Numbered from the stretch's first letter, positions 47,662-57,700 are shown. The stretch: 64,000 nt of DNA from an uncultured Gammaproteobacteria bacterium (GCA_964544585.1 CAZJBV010000001.1:119717-183716), one strand, 5' to 3'. Notes: a model not told the origin generated them from the letters alone. Numbers and translations are program-made.

Positions 47662-48894
47662 TTAATTTAAATTTCCTTTAGCAAGATTGGGTTTGTTGAT
47701 GAGGTTTTCGAGGATTTGCCAGCGGGATTTTTTTTCGCTGTGAGGAATGTCATCTTTGAAGGCTTTGTGGGCGGCGGTTGCGGGGCGGTCTGAATACATG
47801 GAAATGTAAGCTTTATAAAAACCGACTTTTTTGGCAAGGTCAACTGTATCTAAAAATTCCTCTTCTGATTCGCCGCAGAAACCAACAATAATATCAGTAC
47901 TCAATTTTAAATTTTCAATTTTAAATTTTAAATTTTTTACAAGATCTAAATATTGTTCCCTAGTATACCAGCGGTTCATGCGTTTTAAGACAGAATTGCT
48001 TCCTGACTGGACCGGCAAATGAATTGATCTTGTCACTTTTGGGTTGTGGGCGATAACGTCTATCAATACTTCGGAAAAATCCCAGGGATTTGAAGACATA
48101 AAATCTATTTCCCCAATTCCCTCAATTTTACAGATATCTTTTAACAGATAAGGAAAAAGAGTTGGGATGCGGTATCGGTTCAGGTGTTTAACATAAATTG
48201 GTTTTATTTGGGAATTTTCAATTTTAAATTTTAAATTTTCATTCAATTTTAAATTTTTAATTTTTGAATTATCAAAATATGTGTTTTTAATATCTCTCAT
48301 TACATGAATATTTTCGGAACCTAAAATTAGATCTGCACCGTATGAATTGACGTTCATACCAAGGAGGGTAATCTTTTTGTAGCCGTGGTTGGCAAGTTCT
48401 TGACATTCTTTTATAACTTCATTGTATGGCCTACTTATTTCGCGGCCGCGAGTAAAAGGGACGACGCAAAAAGTACAAAAATTATTGCAGCCGTTTGAAA
48501 TTGGGACCCAGGCATTTAGGGCATTTGTGCGAAGGGGTGCATGGTCGAAGCCTACTTCTTCAATGGGCAAAAACTCGTCAACTTCGGGCATTCTTATTTT
48601 TAGGAGTTTTAAAAATTTGCCTGTTTTATCTCTTGCGGCCATTCCGACCATACAGCCGGTAACGACAATTTTTTCGGGCATGCCTGTAGTACGCTTTTTT
48701 TTGGTCAAATTGTTGACAAGACCATAGACGCGGTTTTCCGCCATTTCCTTGACCATGCAGGTATTGATGATGATATGATTTGCGGCATCAATATTTTTTG
48801 CTTTTTCCATGCCGCGGGCTTCAGGCATGGCGGCAATACGCTCTGAATCCGAAACATTCTGCTGGCAGCCAAAAGTTTGGATAAAGTATTTCAT
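47662..48894 (-). CDS. miaB: tRNA methylthiotransferase MiaB-like (radical SAM)
   Basis: An N-terminal MTTase domain (FIQTFGCQQN...C), the radical SAM motif CNNFCTFC, and a TRAM domain. The start is trimmed to MKYFIQTFGC. Two in-frame AATTTTA-type repeat tracts are present. Confidence 0.8.
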   Translation of the reverse strand: MKYFIQTFGCQQNVSDSERIAAMPEARGMEKAKNIDAANHIIINTCMVKEMAENRVYGLVNNLTKKKRTTGMPEKIVVTGCMVGMAARDKTGKFLKLLKIRMPEVDEFLPIEEVGFDHAPLRTNALNAWVPISNGCNNFCTFCVVPFTRGREISRPYNEVIKECQELANHGYKKITLLGMNVNSYGADLILGSENIHVMRDIKNTYFDNSKIKNLKLNENLKFKIENSQIKPIYVKHLNRYRIPTLFPYLLKDICKIEGIGEIDFMSSNPWDFSEVLIDVIAHNPKVTRSIHLPVQSGSNSVLKRMNRWYTREQYLDLVKNLKFKIENLKLSTDIIVGFCGESEEEFLDTVDLAKKVGFYKAYISMYSDRPATAAHKAFKDDIPHSEKKSRWQILENLINKPNLAKGNLN

Positions 48895-48952
48895 TTGTAG
48901 GCCAATTTTACCAAATCTTAGTAAATTCCACCACATATGCTACTATTCATTT

Positions 48953-49255
48953 ATGGATTATGAGAAGACCGTTATAGTATTGCCTCCACAGCGCATAGAG
49001 GGGTTTGCTGGATATAATTGGTTTGACTGTGAAATTTTAGGTTCTTTACCGGGAGCGATGTTTACGTTTGTTGCCCTCTTTATTCTTAGTCTTATTGTGT
49101 ACGCTGTGTTTAAGCTTATTTTTAAGAAAACTACAGTAAGATTTTTTAAAGTAACAATTATTATTTTTCTTTTGATCGAAATCTTCTATCTGCTTGCAGG
49201 ATATTTTTGGGGTATTAGACTATTTCCATTTCCTCACCCATTTGCCTGTATTTAG
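48953..49255 (+). CDS. hypothetical small membrane protein
   Basis: ORF trimmed to MDYEKT with two TM helices. Weak. Confidence 0.3.
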   Translation: MDYEKTVIVLPPQRIEGFAGYNWFDCEILGSLPGAMFTFVALFILSLIVYAVFKLIFKKTTVRFFKVTIIIFLLIEIFYLLAGYFWGIRLFPFPHPFACI

Positions 49256-49259
49256 TAGC

Positions 49260-50039
49260 TTAACTCGAGGCGGAGGTGTAGCGGCGCAGAGCAAATTGCC
49301 AGAAGAAGAGGCTTATTAAAATAGATATCCCTGAAACAGCAAATGCAAAAATTACTCCGAAAGGCGAAACTAGTCCTAAGAGAGCTTTTGCCGGGGTTGT
49401 CATCATGATGCCAACTGGTACTATAAATGTGAGAAATCCGCGAACTGGCTCTCGATAGACATCAATTGGGATCCGACCTGTTGAAGTCAGATCACGGTAG
49501 ATCATGACTGCGTGGTCAATTTCTGTAGTTAGTATTCCAAGAGCTAAAACGAGAATATGAAAGGCTGCGGCAATCCCAAGACCTGAAAAAATAAGGAGAA
49601 TAAAAAGAATACTGTCTATGACTGTCGGATGCTGGAGGAGGGCAACCCAAGCTGTGGCAACAATAAAAGGGATGATCATAAAAAGATCAAAGATGTCTGC
49701 ACCTCCTAAAAGCGAGCGAAAAAGAGGACTGATTGGCTTTATCAAAACCAGGTCCAGATTTCCGGAAACGACCAGCTGGCGAAAGCGGTAAACTTCGCGA
49801 AAGAAAAACTGGGAAGTAGTGTCTATGACATTGAATGTCAGGAAAAAGAGAATAGCTTGAGATTGTGTATATCCTGCAATCGTTTGTTGCTTTTGAGTAA
49901 TAATCAGTAAAAAAATCAGAAAGAAAATAAAGCGAAGGGTTTTACCTAGAAGAAAAAGAAGTCCTCCCAGTCTGGAAACGAGCATTGAGGCAAAAGAATT
50001 GAGACTCATCAAATACCAGGTCGAGATATATTTGTTCAT
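49260..50039 (-). CDS. ABC-2 family transporter permease
   Basis: A six-TM permease downstream of the ABC ATPase. Confidence 0.6.
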   Translation of the reverse strand: MNKYISTWYLMSLNSFASMLVSRLGGLLFLLGKTLRFIFFLIFLLIITQKQQTIAGYTQSQAILFFLTFNVIDTTSQFFFREVYRFRQLVVSGNLDLVLIKPISPLFRSLLGGADIFDLFMIIPFIVATAWVALLQHPTVIDSILFILLIFSGLGIAAAFHILVLALGILTTEIDHAVMIYRDLTSTGRIPIDVYREPVRGFLTFIVPVGIMMTTPAKALLGLVSPFGVIFAFAVSGISILISLFFWQFALRRYTSASS

Positions 50040-50148
50040 AGTTTTATGGCTCGACCCCGTTTTTTTGAGGTGCTCGACTGCCCTCCGCCAGCTGGCGGAT
50101 TGCGGGGCCCGCCGCTGCGCTCCTAAAAAAAGGGGTCTTCGCCATTGA
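50040..50148. repeat. GC-rich hairpin element, member C of the intergenic family
   Basis: ttttgaggtgctcg ... ccgccagctggcgg (a palindrome) ... cgctgcgctcctaaaaaaa, with outer inverted flanks gaccccgttttttt/aaaaaaaggggtc. Confidence 0.55.
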
Positions 50149-50958
50149 TTATCTTCCTTCGGCTGTGTATAATCTGAGACCTTTTTTCCATAAATATTTA
50201 TAGGCGAAATAGAAAATGAAAAGCCAGAAAATTAAAACAGTAAATCCAGTAATGATTTCATTTCCCGAAAGTCCCCCGATATAAATTTTAAGGGGAAAAT
50301 ACATCATGTAGGGAAAGGGAGTCAACAAGAGAATCTTATATAAATTTTGGGGGAGAATGTCCAAAGGAAATAGACCGCCGGCGAGAAAATCGGAAATAAC
50401 AAAAAATAAAAATCTGTGGGCCCAGGACTCCTGCGTCCAGAAACTGACGAGGCTTAATAAGAAACTCACCATAAAATACATAATGATCCCTAAAATTATT
50501 GAGATAAAAACCCAGGGAAGTATATTTACGCTTTGCGAAATAAAAATGGGCGGACTAAAGATAATGAAAACTAAGGAGACTTCTGCTACAGAAAAAATGA
50601 AATTGAGTGATTTATCGGCTATATCCCGGGCGATCAAGTATTTAAAAATATTAATCGGTTTTGTCAACCAGTTTGAAAGGTTTCCGGTATAAATCAGTTC
50701 GCCAAATTCTTGTGTTTTTGAGGAAAATATAAAAGTTGCGACAATTTGAGAAAGAAGAATATAAGTAAGCATTTGGCTTTCGGAATAACCAAAGACGTTT
50801 GACTGGGAAGAATAAATTGCCTGCCAGAGAAAGAAAAGTATTAAAAGACGCAAAAGTAAGCGGAAGCGCCATAGGGTAAAATTTAATCTATAAGCGGTTA
50901 CCTCAGAGACTGAATTTCTAAATATTTGTAAAAATAATTTCATATGAAAACTGTTCAC
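50149..50958 (-). CDS. ABC-2 family transporter permease
   Basis: A six-TM permease. Confidence 0.6.
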   Translation of the reverse strand: MNSFHMKLFLQIFRNSVSEVTAYRLNFTLWRFRLLLRLLILFFLWQAIYSSQSNVFGYSESQMLTYILLSQIVATFIFSSKTQEFGELIYTGNLSNWLTKPINIFKYLIARDIADKSLNFIFSVAEVSLVFIIFSPPIFISQSVNILPWVFISIILGIIMYFMVSFLLSLVSFWTQESWAHRFLFFVISDFLAGGLFPLDILPQNLYKILLLTPFPYMMYFPLKIYIGGLSGNEIITGFTVLIFWLFIFYFAYKYLWKKGLRLYTAEGR

Positions 50959-51025
50959 CCTAAATTTTGAGGTGCTCGTCTCTCCCGTAAACAGGAGCCC
51001 TTCGCTGCGCTCCTAAAATTTGGGT
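50959..51025. repeat. GC-rich hairpin element, member B of the intergenic family
   Basis: ccctaaattttgaggtgctcg ... cgctgcgctcctaaaatttgggttc. It shares both conserved flanks with member C and the right flank with member A. Confidence 0.55.
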
Positions 51026-52018
51026 TCACACTTTTGAATTATCTTTTTCTCCAGCAAAAACTCTTCTTATGATATCTTCTATGTCTGGTTCTGTGATGTT
51101 GAGGTCGTCGATTTGGTAAGTTTCCAGAAGTTTGGCGGCAATGTTGTTTGAATCTTTTCTAGAAACGGCAAGTTCGACATGGGGAAAGATAAATTTTTTC
51201 AGATCTCCGAATTTTTCTAATTCGGATCGCGAAACTTCTTTTTCAAAAGTGATCGATAATAATTTTTCTTGGGCGAATTTTTTGACTATATTTTCAAGGA
51301 GTCCATCGAAGATGAGCTTGCCGTGGTCGATGATGATGACTCTTTTACAAAGTTGGCGGACATCTTCCATATAATGAGAGGTTAGAAGAATGGTTGCATG
51401 GTATTCCCTGTTGTAGTCTCTAATAAAATCCCTGATTGTCTTTTGCATGACGACGTCGAGACCGATGGTTGGCTCGTCCATAAAAATGACTTCTGGACTG
51501 TGAAGGAGGGAGGCGATGAGTTCGCATTTCATCCTTTCTCCTAGTGATAATTTTCTAACCGGGACATTGATCAAATCTTTGACTTTTAAAAGTGAAGTAA
51601 GTTTTGTCAGGGTTTTATTAAACTCATTTTCTTCTATTTCGTAGATTTCTTTATTTAAGAGAAATGAGTCCATGGGTGGTAGATCCCACCAGAGCTGGTT
51701 TTTTTGACCCATAATAAGGGAGATTTTTTTTAAGAAATCTTTTTGACGATTGAATGGATTGAAATCTAGAACTGAAATCTTGCCACCGTTGGGATAAAGA
51801 AGGCCAGAGAGACATTTTAAGGTTGTGGTTTTTCCTGCGCCATTTGGGCCAATAAATCCGACTAATTCCCCTTTTTGAATTTCAAAAGAAATGCCGTCAA
51901 CTGCTTTGACGTCGTAGAATTTGCGATTGACGAGAGACTTGAGTGAACCTATGAGTCCAGGTTCTTTTTGGTAGACAGGATAATATTTTTTTAGATGGGA
52001 AACACTGATCGCAATCAT
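51026..52018 (-). CDS. ABC transporter ATP-binding protein
   Basis: Has Walker A GPNGAGKTT, the signature LSLGERMK, and Walker B IIFMDEPT. Confidence 0.85.
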   Translation of the reverse strand: MIAISVSHLKKYYPVYQKEPGLIGSLKSLVNRKFYDVKAVDGISFEIQKGELVGFIGPNGAGKTTTLKCLSGLLYPNGGKISVLDFNPFNRQKDFLKKISLIMGQKNQLWWDLPPMDSFLLNKEIYEIEENEFNKTLTKLTSLLKVKDLINVPVRKLSLGERMKCELIASLLHSPEVIFMDEPTIGLDVVMQKTIRDFIRDYNREYHATILLTSHYMEDVRQLCKRVIIIDHGKLIFDGLLENIVKKFAQEKLLSITFEKEVSRSELEKFGDLKKFIFPHVELAVSRKDSNNIAAKLLETYQIDDLNITEPDIEDIIRRVFAGEKDNSKV

Positions 52019-52098
52019 AAGGGTTTCTTATTCTAACATAAAAAGAGAGCACCCCAATTAAAGGTAGACTCTCTTTTTATAAAAAACTTTTTGAGTTC

Positions 52099-52371
52099 TT
52101 AGCGAATAGATTTTTTGAGCGCTTTTCCTGCCGTAAAACCCGGAGTTTTTCTGGCCGGAATATTTATAGGAGCGCCTGTTTGGGGATTTCTCCCTTTGCG
52201 GGCGGCTCGAGATCGGACCATAAAAGTACCAAATCCGGTGACGACAACCTTGTCGCCTTTTTTAAGCGAGTCGGTAACCGCTCCAAAGACTGCATTGACT
52301 GCATCTTTGGCTGCTTTGGCTGTGAGACTAGCCTTTTTGGCGACGTGGGCGACTAAATCTGCCTTGGTCAT
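52099..52371 (-). CDS. hup: HU family DNA-binding protein
   Basis: A 90-aa protein with the GFGTF and RNPQTG arm motif. A strong SD ggaggtg lies upstream. Confidence 0.85.
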   Translation of the reverse strand: MTKADLVAHVAKKASLTAKAAKDAVNAVFGAVTDSLKKGDKVVVTGFGTFMVRSRAARKGRNPQTGAPINIPARKTPGFTAGKALKKSIR

Positions 52372-52575
52372 TTTTTAGAAATTCACCTCCTCCGGGCAGG
52401 AGATTTTATGCGATCTTTTGAACAGATCGATTTGACAATCTAATTAAAAATGTATGGTAAATATGTCGCGCTGTCAAGCCCCAAAAACTATATCAAATCA
52501 ATTATATCCGTAACAAAGATTGTCAGGATGAGAAATATTAGGGTATAGATAAGTTAGGGTATAGGGTATAGTTTA

Positions 52576-54069
52576 TTAATGGACAGTCTCTACAACCCGT
52601 AACTCACGAATAATAGTAATTTTTATTTGGCCTGGGAAGGTCGGGAATTTTGCGGCTATCTCCTCCTGAATTTTGTGAGCTAATACTGTAGCACCTGCGT
52701 CATCGATAATTCCGGGATTGACGATGACTCTAATTTCTCTTCCTGCCTGAAGGGCGTAAACACTTTCGACGCCTGGATGTTGTTTGGCTATGTCTTCTAA
52801 ATCTTTTAATCTTTTGACATATTGGTCGTAATCTTCATAACGGGCTCCGGGACGGGCGCCGGAAATGGCATCGGCAATGTAGACTATGACTGCCTCAAGA
52901 GAGGGAAAAGGGATGTCTTCGTGATGAGCGGCAACACAATCAATAACTGATTGAGGCATATTGTTTTTCTTTAAAAGTTCAATTCCCAGCTGGACATGGG
53001 AGCCCTCTTTGTCTGTAATTACTTTGCCTATATCATGAAGTAGACATCCTAGTCGAACGACGTTTACGTCTGCGCCTAGTTCGTGGGCTAGTGCTATACC
53101 GATTTTTGTTTCTTCGAGGGTGTGGGATATCATGTTTTGGCCGTAGGAAAATCTATATTTGAAGCGGCCTAAAAGGGCTACTTTATCTTGTGGCAAATTA
53201 TAGACTCCTACTGCCTGACAGAGTTTTCTTCCTTCTTCAAACATGATTTTTTCGAGCTCTTTTCTCGTTTCTGTGACAATTTCTTCAATTCTTACCGGTT
53301 GGATTCTGCCATCTTTCATAAGTCTTTCAAGTGAAATCCTGGCTATCTCCCTGCGTACTGGATCAAATGAGGAAAATCTGATGACTCCTTCTTCGTCCAA
53401 ATCTACATCTACACCCGTGGCCATTTCAAAAGCTCTAATATTTCTACCCTCTTTGCCTATGATTCTGCCTTTGAATTCTTCATCAGGAAGTTTTATAGTG
53501 GATACTGTATACTCAGAAACGTAGTCTGTGGCACCATGACGCATGGCTTCTATTAGAATCTCGCGGACTTTTTTGTCCGCTTCTTCTTTGGCTTGACTCT
53601 CTGCCTCGCGTATTTTTTTGGCGATTTCTTCTTTTAGTTTTTCTTCCCAGGCACGAAGAATAAGATCGCGGGCTTCGTCGCGGGTCAGGTGGCTGACTTT
53701 TTCGAGCTTTAAGAGAAGCTCTTGTTTAGTTCTGTCCAAAGTTTCAATGCGCTTTTTTATCTCTGAATTTTTGTATTCTATGTCTCGGCTTTCTCGTTCC
53801 AGTTGCCCCATTTTACTATCAACACTTTCTTCTTTTTGTAAAACGCGTCTTTCAATACTCAAAACTTCTTCTCTGAGTCTTCGCGCTTCTTCTTCGGCTT
53901 CTTTCCTTATTCTGAATGCCTCGTCTTTGGCTTGAAGTAAGATGGGGTTTACATCTGGAACTTCTTTGACAACCTCTTTTTTATCAATTGGCTGGACGAC
54001 TTTTTCTTCTTTATCTAGCCTACTTTCAATATTTTCCAATCTTTTGAGAATGGTTTTAAGAATATCCAT
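52576..54069 (-). CDS. rny: ribonuclease Y
   Basis: An N-terminal coiled coil, a KH domain (IGKEGRNIR), and an HD domain (HHEDIP...ADAISGARPGAR). Confidence 0.85.
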   Translation of the reverse strand: MDILKTILKRLENIESRLDKEEKVVQPIDKKEVVKEVPDVNPILLQAKDEAFRIRKEAEEEARRLREEVLSIERRVLQKEESVDSKMGQLERESRDIEYKNSEIKKRIETLDRTKQELLLKLEKVSHLTRDEARDLILRAWEEKLKEEIAKKIREAESQAKEEADKKVREILIEAMRHGATDYVSEYTVSTIKLPDEEFKGRIIGKEGRNIRAFEMATGVDVDLDEEGVIRFSSFDPVRREIARISLERLMKDGRIQPVRIEEIVTETRKELEKIMFEEGRKLCQAVGVYNLPQDKVALLGRFKYRFSYGQNMISHTLEETKIGIALAHELGADVNVVRLGCLLHDIGKVITDKEGSHVQLGIELLKKNNMPQSVIDCVAAHHEDIPFPSLEAVIVYIADAISGARPGARYEDYDQYVKRLKDLEDIAKQHPGVESVYALQAGREIRVIVNPGIIDDAGATVLAHKIQEEIAAKFPTFPGQIKITIIRELRVVETVH

Positions 54070-54240
54070 ATAGACTCCTTATAAATAAATCAATATTGGA
54101 ATTAAATAGCAGATTTAGATCGATGAGGAGATTACTTTTGCACTAAAAAATGACCCGTTGAAGGGTTTCTTGGGTCTTTTGATTCTGCGAAAAGCCGTCT
54201 TCTTATCATCACTAATAAACTATTTAATTATTGTCTTATT

Positions 54241-54726
54241 TTATTCTTTTTTGATCATAGTGTCAATTACATCGTAGATAGTATCCCAGTCAAAACCTCT
54301 TCTTGCCAGGGCTCCTTCCAGTTTTTGTTTTAGTTCGACTTTTGGGAGATTTTTATATAAATTCAGTTTTTTTTGGGCGACTGTGAGAGCTTTTTCAAAT
54401 TCGCTGCGATACAATTTATTTACAGAGAAAAACTCTTCAATATCGGCTGTCGCGATGCCTTTTTGGCGAAGTTCTTGTTTTAAAAGCATTTTTCCTTTGG
54501 GTCGGAAAGTGTCTCTTTGATCGACCCACCATGAAATAAAAGCTTTATCCGAAACTAATTTTCGCTCTTCCAAGTCCGTAATGACTTTGTCGATTGTTTT
54601 TTTGGCGATACCGCGTTTAAAACTATATTGAAAAAGTTTGCCATAGAGTTCTTTTTGGGAACGGGGGCGAATTGATAAAAGTTTTAGGGCTTTATCGATA
54701 AGAAGTTGGTATTGATCTTGATCCAT
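54241..54726 (-). CDS. recX: regulatory protein RecX
   Basis: A 161-aa helical-repeat protein immediately downstream of recA. Confidence 0.75.
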   Translation of the reverse strand: MDQDQYQLLIDKALKLLSIRPRSQKELYGKLFQYSFKRGIAKKTIDKVITDLEERKLVSDKAFISWWVDQRDTFRPKGKMLLKQELRQKGIATADIEEFFSVNKLYRSEFEKALTVAQKKLNLYKNLPKVELKQKLEGALARRGFDWDTIYDVIDTMIKKE

Positions 54727-55754
54727 TAATCAGATTTTTCTCTACCTGTTTTTTCTTTGGCGTGGCCGGTTTTATGTGCTTTATATATTTGTTCCAAAAT
54801 TTCGCGGGCTAATTTATGATTTTCTTTTAAGTACATTTTGGCTGCTTCTCTACCCTGACCGAGCATGGTCGTCCCATACTTTAGAAAAGCGCCGGATTTG
54901 GTGATAATGCTATATTCTAGGCCAACATCGATAAGACCCCCTTCTCTGGATATACCACTACTATCGATATCGAATTCTGCAATTTTGAAGGGAGGCGAAA
55001 CTTTGTTTTTGACTATTCTTACCCTATGACGTGTTCCTACCACCTGATCCCCATCTTTAAGAGTCTCTATTTTCCTGATATCGATCCTAATTGAGGCATA
55101 AAACTTGAGGGCCAAGCCTCCGGGAGTCGTTTCGGGATTGCCAAACATAATGCCTATTTTTTGGCGCAGCTGATTGGTAAAAAGACAAATTGTTTTGGAC
55201 TTGGAGATAACGCCTGTGAGTTTGCGAAGTGCTTGGGACATGAGGCGGGCCTGCATACCCATGACAGCATCACCCATCTCGCCTTCGATTTCGGCTCGCG
55301 GGACTAGAGCTGCGACTGAATCTATAACGACGACATCAACTCCCCCAGACCTTATTAATGTCTCTGCAATTTCTAGGGCTTGCTCGCCTGTGTCGGGCTG
55401 GGAAATAAGAAGATCTTCCAGTTTGACACCCAGTCTTTCTGCCCAGACGGGATCGAGGGCGTGCTCGGCATCAATAAAGGCGGCTACACCTCCGTGCTTT
55501 TGGGCTTCGGCAATAACAGTCAGAGCAAGGGTTGTTTTTCCGGATGCCTCGGGGCCGAATATTTCGGCGATTCGCCCTTTAGGTAAGCCTCCTATTCCTA
55601 GGGCAAGATCGACGGCAATAGAACCTGTGGGGATAACATCAATTGTTAGTTTTTGGGTTGACTCGCCTAATTTCATGATAGATCCTTTGCCGTACTGCTT
55701 TTCTATCTGCTCCATCGCCAGTTTAATTGCTTGGAATTTTTGGTCGTTTGTCAT
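54726..55754 (-). CDS. recA: recombinase RecA
   Basis: Has Walker [10 protein letters not shown], the L1/L2 loops, and highly conserved sequence throughout. Confidence 0.95.
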   Translation of the reverse strand: MTNDQKFQAIKLAMEQIEKQYGKGSIMKLGESTQKLTIDVIPTGSIAVDLALGIGGLPKGRIAEIFGPEASGKTTLALTVIAEAQKHGGVAAFIDAEHALDPVWAERLGVKLEDLLISQPDTGEQALEIAETLIRSGGVDVVVIDSVAALVPRAEIEGEMGDAVMGMQARLMSQALRKLTGVISKSKTICLFTNQLRQKIGIMFGNPETTPGGLALKFYASIRIDIRKIETLKDGDQVVGTRHRVRIVKNKVSPPFKIAEFDIDSSGISREGGLIDVGLEYSIITKSGAFLKYGTTMLGQGREAAKMYLKENHKLAREILEQIYKAHKTGHAKEKTGREKSD

Positions 55755-55808
55755 TGGGCCTCCTAATGAAATGTGGAAAATGTTTTGAGCAGGAATCGAT
55801 TTTTATTC

Positions 55809-57410
55809 TTACATAGATAATGCTAGAATACAATAGTTCAAAACGGGGTGTAGGTCATCGGTAGACCGCGCGCATGGGGTGCGTGAAGTAGTGGGTTCAA
55901 TTCCCGCCACCCCGACAGATAGAGAGTCCGCGAAGCGGACGGAAGGTTGGGTCTGCGCGCCCCCACTCGCGCAGACTTCTGCAAAGCCCTGATTATATTC
56001 TGGGACAAGCCGCCGATCAGTTAAAAAGAAGTTCGAGCCGACAGTTTTTGCCATGATCGACAGATCATGGGATGTATTTTTTGCGCGCGCGATTTTTGCG
56101 CACGATAGTGCGCTACCAATGAAGTTTTTGAAAGGTTCGAGCCAACTCGAACCATTTTGTTTTATTTGTTCTAATTCTTCACTTATTTTTAATTTTTCTT
56201 CGAAAAATTCGTTCTTTTTTGTCTTGTAAATTTCGGGGTCAATAATTCCTTCTAAGTAACCATCTAAGAGTTTATTAAGTTTTACATCAATATCTTTTAA
56301 TTGCTGCTCTAATTTTAGGGTATTATCGTGAATGGATACAGTCTCTAATTTCTCATCCTCATCTAGCCATTTATACCAATTACTAGCCCATTTTTCTGGT
56401 AATGCAACATCATCAATGGCTTTTCTAAATTGTTGTTCAAGCTCTGGTTCTGAAATGTAAGGTTGATTGCAGGGTTTAATTTTTTTAGTACATCTATAGT
56501 AAACATATTCAACAGTTCTATTTGTTCCTTTGTAGAATTTTTTATGAGATTCAGCGGTAATAGTTGCTCCACACTCTCCACATCTCATTAAACCCATAAA
56601 GGGGAAATTATATCTTCTTTTTTTATGTCTATCCCTAAACTTTAATTCTTGCTGGACTTTTTGGAATAACTCTTTACTTATAATAGTTTTATGAGTACCC
56701 TCGTGATATTCTCCGTTGTAATACATTATGCCTATGTAAAATCTGTCTGATAAAATCTGGCGGATTTGATTTATATGTAGGGGTTTATCAATTTTTCTTT
56801 TAAGGTCAAACTTATATAGAAAGGTCGCAATATCAGTAAAAGTTTTGTCGCCTTCGCTAAATAATTCAAAAGCCTTCTTAATTGCTTTTAGTTTTTCTCC
56901 ATCTACATCTATCCCACGGGTTTTAGGATTATTAATATACCCATAAGGAGCTTTGCCAGGATAAACACCATTGCGGATTTTTTGTCTTAACCCACGTCTT
57001 ACATTTTCAGATAAATTATCCACATAATATTTACTCTGACCAAAGGCAATATTTAACATAAATTTTCCCTGGGGAGTATTTTCAAACCAAGAGGTCGGAA
57101 ATTTTAAGTCCTTCAATTTCCCGGTATCTAAAAGGTAAATTATTTTCCCACCATCTATTGAGTTACGAGCTAATCTATCAGGATGCCACGCAATAATCCC
57201 TTGTATATGACCTTTTTCTATTTTCTTCAAAACTTCCGCAAATTTTTCTCTGCCCGGAATCTTGGCAGTTTTTTCTTCTTCAACAAATTCGGTAATTTCC
57301 AAATGCTCTCTTTTAGCGTATTCTTTTAGCTCGGCAATTTGAGCAGAGATAGATAAAATCTGTTTATCTTTTTCTTCTCTGGATTTTCTACAGTAAGCAA
57401 TGTATTTCAT
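55809..57410 (-). CDS. large serine recombinase (resolvase domain + recombinase domain + zinc ribbon)
   Basis: An N-terminal YCRKSREE...SISAQ catalytic-serine motif, a recombinase domain, and CGECG...YYRC. The last ~90 codons read through IR1-L and antisense tRNA-Pro (GIEPTTS), so the true C-terminus is uncertain. Confidence 0.8.
   Translation of the reverse strand: MKYIAYCRKSREEKDKQILSISAQIAELKEYAKREHLEITEFVEEEKTAKIPGREKFAEVLKKIEKGHIQGIIAWHPDRLARNSIDGGKIIYLLDTGKLKDLKFPTSWFENTPQGKFMLNIAFGQSKYYVDNLSENVRRGLRQKIRNGVYPGKAPYGYINNPKTRGIDVDGEKLKAIKKAFELFSEGDKTFTDIATFLYKFDLKRKIDKPLHINQIRQILSDRFYIGIMYYNGEYHEGTHKTIISKELFQKVQQELKFRDRHKKRRYNFPFMGLMRCGECGATITAESHKKFYKGTNRTVEYVYYRCTKKIKPCNQPYISEPELEQQFRKAIDDVALPEKWASNWYKWLDEDEKLETVSIHDNTLKLEQQLKDIDVKLNKLLDGYLEGIIDPEIYKTKKNEFFEEKLKISEELEQIKQNGSSWLEPFKNFIGSALSCAKIARAKNTSHDLSIMAKTVGSNFFLTDRRLVPEYNQGFAEVCASGGAQTQPSVRFADSLSVGVAGIEPTTSRTPCARSTDDLHPVLNYCILALSM
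55844..55915 (+). tRNA. tRNA-Pro (anticodon GGG)
   Basis: Cloverleaf: acceptor cggggtg/caccccg, D stem ggtc/gacc, anticodon stem cgcgc/gcgtg with loop aTGGGgt, T arm gtggg-ttcaatt-cccgc, discriminator A. Confidence 0.75.
55913..56015. repeat. IR1-L: 103-bp perfect inverted copy of 57519-57621
   Basis: Exact reverse complement of IR1-R. It starts 3 nt inside the 3' end of tRNA-Pro. It contains the internal hairpin gtctgcgcg-agtggggg-cgcgcagac. Confidence 0.9.
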
Positions 57411-57518
57411 TTTTTATTTTCCTCTTATAAGAAGAGTTCTTTTGCGAGCGAAGCGAGCAGTCCCGATGATATATCGGGACAAAATTTTTGCGTTCCTCGT
57501 TTTTTGTTCTTTTTAACC

Positions 57519-57700
57519 GGCGGCTTGTCCCAGAATATAATCAGGGCTTTGCAGAAGTCTGCGCGAGTGGGGGCGCGCAGACCCAACCTTCCGTCCGCTT
57601 CGCGGACTCTCTATCTGTCGACCTTTTTAAAAAAATCCGAACTCGCTTTAAGTCGAATCGGTAGGCGCGCTACGCGCGCCATCTTATCCGCTCGGCCTTC
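57519..57700. repeat. IR1-R (57519-57621) fused to IR2-L (57615-57700): the junction segment of two inverted-repeat-bounded modules
   Basis: The left 103 nt are the exact reverse complement of 55913-56015. The right 86 nt are the exact reverse complement of 62493-62578. Confidence 0.9.

Noticed and set aside
50040-51025. GC-rich conserved-flank elements considered as integron attC sites
   Set aside because: No intI-type tyrosine integrase is present, and the flanks do not match the R''/L''-L'/R' core (GTTRRRY) pattern.
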